IMG/VR virus record: IMGVR_UViG_3300021142_000004
Source: a virus
DNA length: 64,000 nucleotides
Reading direction: 5' to 3' (one strand)
Shown: positions 8,775 to 19,200 of the stretch, in pieces
Position numbering within the stretch: the stretch's first letter is position 1
How the letters are laid out: each line of letters opens with the position of its first letter
The notes under the pieces: model-generated
What the model saw: only the letters and a program-made list of their open reading frames with translations
What the model was told of the DNA's origin: nothing
Database searches by the model: none
Made by a program: the position numbers and the translations under genes

Positions 8775-9715
8775 TAATCTAATTGTTTAATTTTGTAATC
8801 ACTAAGATTACCTTGTAAATCTGCAATATCCTTATCAATAGGTAATTTTACAATCCATACTTTACCCATTAATTTACCGCAATTTATTTTATGGTATAAT
8901 TTTTCAGCATTATCCCAAGCGTCCCCATCTAACACTATTACAATTTTTTTTGCAGAATCATAAAGTTTTTTAAATAACTTTTCATGTAAAACCTTACCTA
9001 ACATTGGGATTGAATTAGGAAGAAATATACTATCAAAAACTCCTTCAACCAAGTAAATTGTTTCATCCCAATTTATATGATCTTCATTCCATATTATAAC
9101 TTCTTTTTGTGCTTCCGGGTTTTTATATTTTAATTTTGGTTTATTTTGATACGATCTCGCAACAAAATAATTTATCTTATTGTCCTCATCATATGATGGG
9201 ATAATTATCCTACCACCATATTCACCAAGATAACAAAAACCAATATCATATTTTTCAATCATTTCATTGGTTATGTTTCTTTTTTTAAGGTAATTCCATG
9301 CCTGTTTAAAATATGGGGTCATTTTAAAACCAGCACTTACATCTTTAAATCTAATAAACTCTTTTGGTAATCTAACTGGTTTATATTCTCTCTTTGGAGA
9401 ATCCTCGTTACTTTCAGGTCTTAGTAATTGAAACTTACCAAGTTGTTTTTTATTTCCGTATTTTTTAATTAATTTAAATAATGTACCATGTGTACTATGT
9501 GTTTCCGAACATGACCAACATTTAAAGACTTCTTCTTTATAATTGACTTCTAAATTACCTTTTCCATCACCATCATCTAAACCTTTGATTTCATGGGAGC
9601 ATACAGGACAATCAAAAGATATTTGTCCTTTATAATCATTATGTAATTTATAATCTCCGAAAATATCTTCGAGAATATCAATCACTGGTGAATAATCTAC
9701 TAATTGTTCGGTCAT
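8774..9715 (-). CDS. dnaG: DNA primase (zinc-binding domain plus TOPRIM); start probably the ATG at 9715
   Basis: CPVC...CWSC zinc finger, RIIIP, KYKNP, LVEGVFD, LDGD and KD motifs. Confidence 0.88.
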   Translation of the reverse strand: MTEQLVDYSPVIDILEDIFGDYKLHNDYKGQISFDCPVCSHEIKGLDDGDGKGNLEVNYKEEVFKCWSCSETHSTHGTLFKLIKKYGNKKQLGKFQLLRPESNEDSPKREYKPVRLPKEFIRFKDVSAGFKMTPYFKQAWNYLKKRNITNEMIEKYDIGFCYLGEYGGRIIIPSYDEDNKINYFVARSYQNKPKLKYKNPEAQKEVIIWNEDHINWDETIYLVEGVFDSIFLPNSIPMLGKVLHEKLFKKLYDSAKKIVIVLDGDAWDNAEKLYHKINCGKLMGKVWIVKLPIDKDIADLQGNLSDYKIKQLD

Positions 9716-9720
9716 AAGAA

Positions 9721-9728
9721 CAAATATA
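9721..9728 (-). promoter_or_regulatory. TAnnTTTG -7 element 5 nt before the primase ATG (possibly leaderless mRNA)
   Basis: Minus strand reads TATATTTG-TTCTT-ATG. Confidence 0.5.
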
Positions 9729-9743
9729 GACAAAAAATGTGAG

Positions 9744-9781
9744 AAAAAAAAATGGGTAGAAGTACACCACTACTCCTACCC
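9744..9781 (-). terminator. Intrinsic terminator
   Basis: GGGTAGGAGTA/TACTTCTACCC stem (one G-U pair) followed by A and T9 on the minus strand. Confidence 0.75.
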
Positions 9782-9837
9782 CATAAAAATTCAAAAAGAA
9801 TCTTTATAATTATTAACCAACCAAAAATAAAAATAAT

Positions 9838-10347
9838 TTAATATAATAACTCCGCACTATTAACCATGATGGTTAATTTTAATTCAGTTGAATAATGACT
9901 ATCGTAACTTAGTGAACCACTATCCAACCTACTTATACTTCCATAAAAAGACCATTCACTTACGACATTGTGAGTATTATCTAACATTTTAATTTGAAAA
10001 TGATGATTATTACTTGTTAAATTGGTCATTATTTGATAAAATCTTTTTTGTAATGATGGTGATATTGGATCATGAAAAGTAACAACAACATCATCCCAAC
10101 GAATCATACCGTTATTAATTTGACATGATGGTCTTGTAAGATTTTTTACAAAATATTCAGGTATATTAAATTCGGATGGAAAAATCATTAAAAACCTATT
10201 TTGTTTTAAAGATTCAAAATTATTTGGGGTAAAGTTAATATCTCTTTCAACTAAAAAAACACCAGGGGGTCTAAAACTAGTTCCAATATTAATTACAGGT
10301 GCCAATGTTTTTTCATCTTCCCTGTATAATTTAAATGGAGTCCTCAT
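9838..10347 (-). CDS. Diverged tail-tube (gp19-like) paralog
   Basis: NRFLMIFP...WDDVVVTFHDPISPS...IKMLD...VVSEW aligns by eye with the tail tube at 63291-63779 (NRFILRFP...WEEMQVTFKDPIGPS...LEMLD...VVEKW). Confidence 0.75.
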   Translation of the reverse strand: MRTPFKLYREDEKTLAPVINIGTSFRPPGVFLVERDINFTPNNFESLKQNRFLMIFPSEFNIPEYFVKNLTRPSCQINNGMIRWDDVVVTFHDPISPSLQKRFYQIMTNLTSNNHHFQIKMLDNTHNVVSEWSFYGSISRLDSGSLSYDSHYSTELKLTIMVNSAELLY

Positions 10348-11014
10348 CTATTTTTTTACTTTTCTTTTTAAACTTATTGACAGGTGGTTTATCACCTTCT
10401 AATTTAATCATATTAACATAACCAATAACGCAAGTTGCAGCATCCGCCATATCAAAGTTTTCTTTTTTCAAATTTCCTTTCTTACCATATAACCATTTAA
10501 TATCAGGACATACCGCATTAACGTGATCCCAAATTACTTGTTTCTTATCAATATCTTTTGGATAACCACCAAATAGAACATTACGTCCTTTTGCATTAGG
10601 TCCAACTAAACCTGGAAATGCAAACTTTCTTGAGTTATATGTGGAAATAAAAGTTGGGAGAATACCCAGTTCATCATAACATGCCTTTAAAATTAAAGTA
10701 TTATACCTTAATAAGGTACTAACAGTATAAACATTATTTGAATTTAATAGAGGTTCTTCAATGATAATTTGAGTGATACCCAAATCTTTATAATTGGTTA
10801 AATGTTTTTTGAAAGCATCTGCCTTCTTAATCATTTCTTCAATTTTATCAACAGGTTGTGGTTTTACTTTGGTGAAAAAGTGTGTTAACTCCAAAAGATT
10901 TGAACCAGTTAAATCAAACAATGCAAAACCGATAACTTTTGTACTAATATCTAAACCGAGTATTTTAGGTTTATTTTTAAATAATTTAATTTTTTCTTCT
11001 ATATTTTTTTCCAT
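10331..11014 (-). CDS. ruvC: RuvC-like Holliday junction resolvase
   Basis: ILGLDIST, IIIEEP and FDMADA acidic RuvC motifs. Confidence 0.8.
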   Translation of the reverse strand: MEKNIEEKIKLFKNKPKILGLDISTKVIGFALFDLTGSNLLELTHFFTKVKPQPVDKIEEMIKKADAFKKHLTNYKDLGITQIIIEEPLLNSNNVYTVSTLLRYNTLILKACYDELGILPTFISTYNSRKFAFPGLVGPNAKGRNVLFGGYPKDIDKKQVIWDHVNAVCPDIKWLYGKKGNLKKENFDMADAATCVIGYVNMIKLEGDKPPVNKFKKKSKKIDEDSI

Positions 11015-11024
11015 TTTAATTTTT

Positions 11025-11276
11025 TTAACAATATTCCCATTTATAGCCTCCAGCAGATTTAACTTTTCCTAAACAACATTCTGAAATATGCCCGTTTTTT
11101 ATTTTTTTTTTCGCCTCATTTATACTATCCCATTCTTTAATTAATTTACCATCCATAGTTAATTGTTTAACTCTTTTTTTTGATGTTGATGAATTAGAAA
11201 GTTTTAAACATAATTCATTAGAAAATTTTTTTCCTTTATTTGGTGATACTCTACCTTTTAAAACTAAATAATAATT
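11025..11276 (-). pseudogene. Homing endonuclease remnant (NUMOD3 and NUMOD1 DNA-binding tail, nuclease domain lost)
   Basis: Manual translation LKGRVSPNKGKKFSNELCLKLS...KRVKQLTMDGKLIKEWDSINEA...HISECCLGKVKSAGGYKWEYC*; the upstream ATG is out of frame. Confidence 0.75.
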
Positions 11277-11290
11277 TCATATTTGTAAAG

Positions 11291-13474
11291 TTAAAAGTCT
11301 AATTTAATTCCAAATACTTGTGTACCACTTCTTGTTACTGGTGATGCTGTCTTACCTATAACCATAACTTCTTTATTATCATTTAATAATGCAATTTCAG
11401 TTATTTTTTTAGTTTGACCATTCGTATATGTTGGGTTTTGAGTTGTTGTGAATTGTGATGATGGTAAATTAACCATAAATCTCATTGATTCAATATCGGT
11501 TGCTCTAACAAATTTAACACTACCAGGGAAAGGTTGTTCATCTCCAAATTGTGTTGCTGGTGTTACTGTATTTTGAAAATCATCTCTATATGATGACATA
11601 TCATATAAATGACCACTTAAATCAGATTTTTTAATTGTAAATGTGTTACCAATAATATTACTTGGAATTAAGTAATTTTGTCCGGTATCTATGTCTAAAG
11701 ATGTAAATGCAGAACTTCCACCTAAAATATCGTACATATTAATAATACCCCAATTATCATTTGTTGGTAATTGTCCTGTATTTGTAATTTGTAATAATAC
11801 TTGAAAATCTGTAACAACATATCCAGAAATAGTTTGTGTAAATGCTGTCACCATATTTGCAAATTCATTTGCTCCAAAAGTAATTAATACGTTTGATGGT
11901 GTTGTTGTACTTTCTATTTTTGTAAAATAATTACAAGGTAAATTATTATAAGTATTTGCAATATTATCACTAAAGTTTATGAAATTATATGTTACCCATA
12001 TTGTTTTACCAGTTGTTCCATCCAATATTGAATTTCCGGAAAGGTCATTACTTGGTGTTAATCCTAATTTTGGTGCTGGTAATGAAAATCTTCTATTTGA
12101 TTTATAATCCAATATTGCAACCAGTTCTTGATCATCTATAACAATTGTTTTATTATTATGAAAAACTTTACCAACACGATTTCCTAATTCATCAATTAAA
12201 TATGAAAATTCTAATTGGTGTTTTTCATTTATATTTGATTTTATATAATAAGGTTGATTATTATCGTTTACATCCATTGTGAACTTTGCTCCAATAGTAT
12301 TACCAGTATTTCTATGATAATATATAAATGGAATATACAATTCAAAATATTCCATATCTGATATGTTATTACCATTATCATCTACTATTATTGAATCATC
12401 ATTTGTTGATGTATTTGTACTGATATAATCATCATATTTAAAAAATCTTTCAGGATCATTAACAATATCACCCAATTTTGAATAATGTATTATTGCTATT
12501 GTTCTTTGTTCTTCAGAAGGGACATTTATTATTTCACCTAATGTATTTACATAAGATGTTGAATTTGTTAAAGTCCCACCAGTAAAATCTGTAAATGTTT
12601 GTCCTGATGATGTGGTATATCCTAATAAACTTTTTGTTGAGACATGTATATTACCACTATAACCTGATAAACTTTGAGATAACCCTGCCGTATCCATACC
12701 AATTGGTTTATCTCCCCAAACAATGTTCATTGTCCAAGGATTTAATTGATCACCAGATGTAATTGGTTCAGGTAAACATGCTGGTGATGTTAGGGTTGAT
12801 AATGGATATTCAACTTCACAACTATTACATATTACTTGAAATTTTGTATTAGATGGTAAATAATCCAATTCAGGTACATTTCTATCAACATAGATATTAT
12901 TACCTACAATATTTGTTATTTTATAAATATAACTTATTGAATTTCCTGTTACAATTTTTCTTGTTGGGTCTGGACCTACAAAAGTATTTCCAACAACTAA
13001 AGTAATATATTTACAATTTTGGAAACTTGATCCACTAAGTACGGTAATATAATTATATGTACTATCAAAATTTGCTACAGTAACTTGCTGTACTGGACAA
13101 TAAATTGTTGTGCCCATTGCAGATACGGAATCAAAATCCATATAATCTGATATGTATCCTGCTGGACCCATAACATTTCTAATTGATTCTGTTATTTGAT
13201 TATTAATTGGAACACCATATGTTGTTCCTGATGTAGTTGAATCAAATGTATATGGATATTTAACACCAGATTCTTTATCAAATGGTGAAAAAACTTTTTG
13301 GTATGGAGTACCATTTAGACCATTTAAATTATCAAATGGTGTTGTATAATCATATTCGGAATCTCCAATTTGGAAATAACTTATATTAAAATTACCACTA
13401 GCAATTGATCTTCTCCCCTTTTGGGTTATTCTTGCCGATAAAAACTCTGCGTTATTGTTATTTAAAAAACTCAT
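11291..13474 (-). CDS. Virion tail/baseplate structural protein
   Basis: N-terminal ARITQKGRRSIASGNFNISYFQIGDSE and C-terminal ITEIALLND...GKTASPV...KLDF, typical of myovirus tail-associated proteins; TATTTAT upstream. Confidence 0.6.
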   Translation of the reverse strand: MSFLNNNNAEFLSARITQKGRRSIASGNFNISYFQIGDSEYDYTTPFDNLNGLNGTPYQKVFSPFDKESGVKYPYTFDSTTSGTTYGVPINNQITESIRNVMGPAGYISDYMDFDSVSAMGTTIYCPVQQVTVANFDSTYNYITVLSGSSFQNCKYITLVVGNTFVGPDPTRKIVTGNSISYIYKITNIVGNNIYVDRNVPELDYLPSNTKFQVICNSCEVEYPLSTLTSPACLPEPITSGDQLNPWTMNIVWGDKPIGMDTAGLSQSLSGYSGNIHVSTKSLLGYTTSSGQTFTDFTGGTLTNSTSYVNTLGEIINVPSEEQRTIAIIHYSKLGDIVNDPERFFKYDDYISTNTSTNDDSIIVDDNGNNISDMEYFELYIPFIYYHRNTGNTIGAKFTMDVNDNNQPYYIKSNINEKHQLEFSYLIDELGNRVGKVFHNNKTIVIDDQELVAILDYKSNRRFSLPAPKLGLTPSNDLSGNSILDGTTGKTIWVTYNFINFSDNIANTYNNLPCNYFTKIESTTTPSNVLITFGANEFANMVTAFTQTISGYVVTDFQVLLQITNTGQLPTNDNWGIINMYDILGGSSAFTSLDIDTGQNYLIPSNIIGNTFTIKKSDLSGHLYDMSSYRDDFQNTVTPATQFGDEQPFPGSVKFVRATDIESMRFMVNLPSSQFTTTQNPTYTNGQTKKITEIALLNDNKEVMVIGKTASPVTRSGTQVFGIKLDF

Positions 13475-13507
13475 ATTTTATAAATATATTAATTAAAATT
13501 ATTATTG

Positions 13508-15409
13508 TCAACTAGATGCCGATACATACGGTATGTTAGCACAAGTTCGTAACACATTTTTATTTGAATCTAAATATTGAAATGTTAAACTTGTAATACT
13601 TGTAATTTCATTAGCTGGGTAATTAGTTGTATTTGTAAAATAATAAATACGATTAGATGTACTATTATTAGGACCAGTAAAACCTGAAAAATGTGACATT
13701 GGAATTGAACCAGTCATAATTGCGAATGTATCACTATATCCTGTTAAAGTAACATAAGTAATACCAGTGGTATTAATTACTTCATTTGGTAAATTTAATT
13801 CATATGAAATTATTGTTGGTGTGGGTGTCCCTCCTGTAGAACTATTATTGTAAGGGATTCCACTAAATGTAACACTAAAAATACTTGGACATGTATAACC
13901 TGTGGTTAATGGACAACGATTTACACTCGTATCAGTATAACTATCAAAAAATCCACAAAAATTCCCTACTGTGTTTTTAGTGTAAAACCCCATAGGAATA
14001 TTACCATTTGTCACATCTACTTGTTGTAAATCTGTTGGGTTAAATTGTCCTGTATTACCACTTACCGCTTCATTATTAAAAAACGTAATTGTTCCACCAG
14101 TTGAATATACATTACCATTATTACCATATGGTACAGCAAACGTACCCATTAAACTATTTGATTGTCCATCATTTACAGTATTTAAAGTTTGGACGTTGGT
14201 ATGTTTTAATAAATTTTTAAATAATAAATTATTTGAATCTCTATCAGTTTCATAGGACTTAAAAAATGTTGTAGTACTAATCCCATCAGGTGTTGAATAA
14301 AAATTGGTATATAACTTATTACTTATTGGGTCAATTGAAAATGTTAAACTAGTATAATAACTATTATTCATCGTTTCTAAATATGGTACAATTGATGTTA
14401 CAGCGGAATACGTCACTGAAGAATAATGTATTGTATCGGGTATTAATGTTATTAGATTATTACTACCAATATCATTTAAATAAAATTTATTTTTTAATTG
14501 ATCATAAAATCCATTTTGCCAATCTCTATTACCACTATTTGGGGACGATATGTTTAATGATTTTAAATAAGAAGAAACGTCTATTCTTCCTAAAAGATTA
14601 AAATATTTGTCATATACTTGTGGGTTCCATGGCCCCGTGTTATCTCCACCACCACTTGATCCACCAACAACCCAAAATGTATAATTTGTCGCAGTTCCGA
14701 CTTGTATAATTGAATTGCCAGAACCACCAAAAGAAGTTGTTTTTGATGTTCCGGTATTTCCAAGTTGACCCGGAATTATGTTATTTCTATCAAAATATCG
14801 TATATATTGTGTTGATGTGTCTTCATTAAAATACGAATAATAAATATTATCATTAGTTACCAATAAATTTTGGATTAGATATTGTGCATTTGTACCAGAT
14901 GGTAATGTACCAGATGGTAATGTATCATGATATATCGTATTACTAATCATATCATAAGTCAATAACCCTATCTTTGTTAAATCAATCCCATTATATGGAC
15001 TACTAGTTCCAGCAAATTGGTTCCATCCAACAAAATACATTCTTTTGTATGTTGTATCTATATATGTACCATATAAATCAGTTATATTTAAAATTGGTGA
15101 TCCACCTGATTGTATATAATTCATATCATTACTGTTAATAGCGGTAACAGGGTTGAAATTATAAATATTACCTCTTTTAAAGTCTGATGTGTCTATAACC
15201 CAAACTTTACCTGGATTTGTTAATTCATTATTACTATCAAACCAAGTCTGATTTGGAGCAGTTAAACCACTAATCACTTTTTTTATCCCAAAAGACGTTA
15301 TTGTTGTACATGTACCCGTAACTACAGTACAACCACTAGTAATACCAGTAGGACATGTTATTGTTAATCCAGTCGAACTCATTGTCAAACCCGTAATTGT
15401 TGTTGGCAT
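13508..15409 (-). CDS. T/S/G/N-rich virion protein, possible beta-propeller adhesin
   Basis: Repeated D-P/x-x-x-K-x-Y blade-like motifs; located in the structural operon. Confidence 0.45.
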   Translation of the reverse strand: MPTTITGLTMSSTGLTITCPTGITSGCTVVTGTCTTITSFGIKKVISGLTAPNQTWFDSNNELTNPGKVWVIDTSDFKRGNIYNFNPVTAINSNDMNYIQSGGSPILNITDLYGTYIDTTYKRMYFVGWNQFAGTSSPYNGIDLTKIGLLTYDMISNTIYHDTLPSGTLPSGTNAQYLIQNLLVTNDNIYYSYFNEDTSTQYIRYFDRNNIIPGQLGNTGTSKTTSFGGSGNSIIQVGTATNYTFWVVGGSSGGGDNTGPWNPQVYDKYFNLLGRIDVSSYLKSLNISSPNSGNRDWQNGFYDQLKNKFYLNDIGSNNLITLIPDTIHYSSVTYSAVTSIVPYLETMNNSYYTSLTFSIDPISNKLYTNFYSTPDGISTTTFFKSYETDRDSNNLLFKNLLKHTNVQTLNTVNDGQSNSLMGTFAVPYGNNGNVYSTGGTITFFNNEAVSGNTGQFNPTDLQQVDVTNGNIPMGFYTKNTVGNFCGFFDSYTDTSVNRCPLTTGYTCPSIFSVTFSGIPYNNSSTGGTPTPTIISYELNLPNEVINTTGITYVTLTGYSDTFAIMTGSIPMSHFSGFTGPNNSTSNRIYYFTNTTNYPANEITSITSLTFQYLDSNKNVLRTCANIPYVSASS

Positions 15410-15428
15410 ATTTTAATATTTTTTTTTA

Positions 15429-15986
15429 TTATGGATTACATCCATCTGGTGATGAATTATATTTAACGAATACATTTGTATTTGTACCATCATAAACATA
15501 TGAAAAATACACATAATATATTCCATTATTATATAATGGATGACCATTATTTCCTATGTTTGTAATCTTATATAATGGATTATATGATGGATAATAAATA
15601 TCAAATCTTGTACATGCAGAGTTCGATGGTGTTATAGTTGTTCCACTCACTTCTAAAATTGACCATAAATTTGAACCAGGTATTGTACCCAAAGAAATTG
15701 TCATACCTGTTTGACCTGTAAAATTAATAATTGTTGATTGACACCCTAATGAAGGTACACTCCAATTCAATGTATTACTAGAATAACAATTATAACAATT
15801 ACTATAAACATAACCACTATATGAAATATTTTCATTTAATCCTGTTAATGTATATGATGTTGTGCCAGATGGGATACCACTAATTATATGGGGTGTAGTA
15901 TTGCCACTAAAATATACTAAAGTATAGTTAGTAACAGTATTTCCTGTTGTACTTCCTGACCAATTAATTGTTAAATTTGATGCCAT
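15429..15986 (-). CDS. Fibronectin type III domain virion protein
   Basis: LTINWS...YTLVY...TSYTLTGLNENISYSGYV Fn3 pattern. Confidence 0.6.
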   Translation of the reverse strand: MASNLTINWSGSTTGNTVTNYTLVYFSGNTTPHIISGIPSGTTSYTLTGLNENISYSGYVYSNCYNCYSSNTLNWSVPSLGCQSTIINFTGQTGMTISLGTIPGSNLWSILEVSGTTITPSNSACTRFDIYYPSYNPLYKITNIGNNGHPLYNNGIYYVYFSYVYDGTNTNVFVKYNSSPDGCNP

Positions 15987-16002
15987 TATTTATTATTTTT
16001 AT

Positions 16003-16275
16003 TTAAGTTGACCATGTTGTTGTAACTCCTGTTGGTGTTGAACATGGTGGTACATATACATTTATTGGTTGTATAACAGTATTACAAGTTCCACCAGAAA
16101 TTTTTACATAAAAAGTTGTTCCGGTAAAACTATTAATAGACGTACCACTAATAGTTATACTTGTACCAGTAAAATTAGTTTGATATGGACTATATGTTGC
16201 ACCAGAATTACTTGATGTGAATATAGTACTACCACTACATGGATTACTAAAATTAATTTTTATTATTTTACTCAT
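16003..16275 (-). CDS. Small T/S-rich virion protein (Ig-like?)
   Basis: 90-aa beta-rich ORF in the structural operon. Confidence 0.5.
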   Translation of the reverse strand: MSKIIKINFSNPCSGSTIFTSSNSGATYSPYQTNFTGTSITISGTSINSFTGTTFYVKISGGTCNTVIQPINVYVPPCSTPTGVTTTWST

Positions 16276-16285
16276 TTTTTTTTAT

Positions 16286-19200
16286 TTATTGTGCACAATA
16301 ATTACCCGGTCCTACCGTAAATGTTATTGGTCCTGATGTTGCATTACATAAATCAGTAACATAAACAGTATAATCATCATATGTTAAACCATACACATTT
16401 TGGTTGTTACTTATTAGATTACCATATGAATCATACCAAGAATAATAATAAGTTCCACATCCATTACTAACAGTTATTTCTATTGAACCATATGATATAA
16501 TATTAGTGTCTTCATCACAAACTTCATCTGTAACATTACCACTTACTAAAATTGGAGAACCTGAACAATACGTTGTTTCAGTTAATATATGTTTTGATGA
16601 TGTGCCATTAAATACGTGTAGATCTGTATTTTGTCCACTATATGTTATATTATAATACATATTTGGATTACAATAATCAACACTAACATCAATAACATCA
16701 ATTAATTCACCCGATAAACCAATTAAACGATCACCATTAACATAATAATTATTTGGATAATTACAACATGGTGTAATTTGTGATGATGTAATTTGTAAAT
16801 CTTCCGGGTATCTTGAATCAAAGAAATATGAATCCGTTAAAGTTGGTTCATGGTTATCAACTGAATATCTTGTATAAACTCTAAGTTTTGTTGTTGGTAA
16901 TACTTCAAAAACAAAATTTCCACCGTATTGATAAAGGTCATGTGAAAAACCTGTTATTGAATATTTCTTAATTGATGCCATTGGTGTAATACTAGTTACT
17001 ACCACATTTTTTGTTGTAAATGCAACACCACTAATGATATTAGTCCCACCACTCAATGAATTACTTATACTTTGACTAACAATTTGTGAATTTGGTATAT
17101 ATTCCGCCACTGCAATTGTATTACCGGTTTTTAATTGATATATTGGTGTTTCAACGTATGAACTACCAGTATATGTTCTTAACATAGTATCCCATTTTAA
17201 ACCAAAATTTGTTGGTTGTTCATAAACAACATTTAGTGTTACTGAACTATATGTTGATATTGTTGTTGCTGTCTTAGTATCTATAACACATAAATCAGGA
17301 TTTGGTGTACTGGTATCTTCCGATTTAAAAGTAATATTAACATTACTTGATGAAGATACTTCTTGTTGTGTAAATTTCATTTTAACTTGACAATTTGCAC
17401 CATCTAAAAATAAAAAATCACCAATACTTGTTGATGTGAAACCTGTTATTTTTTCAGTACATGGGTCAACATATTGCCATGTATTTCCTGAATATGTATT
17501 AAATAATGTTGGACTACTACCAGAATATATAAATATTCTAATTCCGTTAGTTGGGTTTGATTTTATAATTCCAACAGGATTTACATTATGTAAAATAATA
17601 TCTCTAGTTGTTGTACCACCTGTATATGTTGGATTAACTACTTCTGGCACAACATTATATAAACAAATTGGTGTAAATGGATCATATTCAGTTTTAATTG
17701 TAAAACTAAATGATTTCATTATTGTACAACTATTAGGTCCATATTTTAATGATGAAAATTTAATTTTTTGAATACCATCTACATCAGTAAAAAAAGAATA
17801 ATTTAACAATGGATCAGTTGTAAGTGTTGCACTTTGTCCCGTAGTTGCGGTATATGGTGCATAGTTTTCATAACCAGCGGTATATCCTGTATGTATAGTA
17901 TTAATAACATTATCTATAAGTCCACTTAATGCTTGTACCCATAAATTTTTTATTTGTGCAATATCTGGATTTAAATAACCTTCATAACCACATACTAATG
18001 GTAATTTATTATTAATATTATATGTTCCTCCTGTTAATATTGTACAACCAGTTAATCCTGTTATCGTATCATATAATTTAGCATTAGTTAAATAACTATA
18101 ATTTCCTGATACATTAACACTATATGTTGTACTTGAGTATGGTATACCGTCTATTTCAATTACCGGATATAATTTTATTCTACTAATATCAATTAATCCT
18201 CTAAAATTTTCTTCATAACCAATTAAATCTAATAAATCATCAGTTAATATTGTTGAAAAATCTGGATATAAATTTTCAATTATTGTTTTTGGTTGACAAC
18301 CCAATCTATATCCATACTTAGAACGACCAAATACACTATTTTGGATTAGATTACCACCTGTCCATAAAGTTGTTGATGGAATCATTTGATCAATAATAGA
18401 AGCCCAATATGGACTCATTTTATTAATAAATTCATGAACGTCTGTAATATTATATGGTGTGAATCCGGTACTACTAATATAACTTTGATAAACATCTTCC
18501 AATGTGATATAATTCTTTTTATATCTAATCACATTGGAATTTGGTATTTGTTCACTTAATAAACGACCAGCAAACTCTGCAAATGTTACACCTGTTTGAG
18601 GGTATAATGTATTTGAACCAAATGTTAATAATAAATCTCGTGATTTTCTATATATGTCAAAATTAACCCCATTTGCGGAATCCAAATAAATACTAATATT
18701 TTTTCTATTAAGAATATATGATGATTTAATATCATCTACCGAACCTTTAACATTATCTATCCTTGACGTAAGTTCAAAACCACTATCTAAACCTGGTAAA
18801 GTTCTAAACACATCAAAATATTGTTCACCATAAGTATATGGTGCAGCAATCGTTTTAATTGTTTTTGTTCTACCAGTTAAAATTGAATTTTCAGTATCTA
18901 AAATATCAGGTGTTCTATGATTTGTTGTAATATCATACCAACCAGAACCTTTTTGGAAAAAAATGTCACTAGCAACATTATTTGCACGTCTAGGTAAACC
19001 AGTTGTTTCATCAATTGGATAATCTGATCTTACAAATGTTGTTGATGGTTTAGAAATTGTTTGAGTATATGTAAACCCAGATGGATCAAAACTCAATATT
19101 ACATTTTTTTTATTTCCTTGAATAACATCATAAATTTGATTTTCAATATCATTCAATTTAGGTAAATTTGTTACTTCGTATACATATTCATTAATATTTA

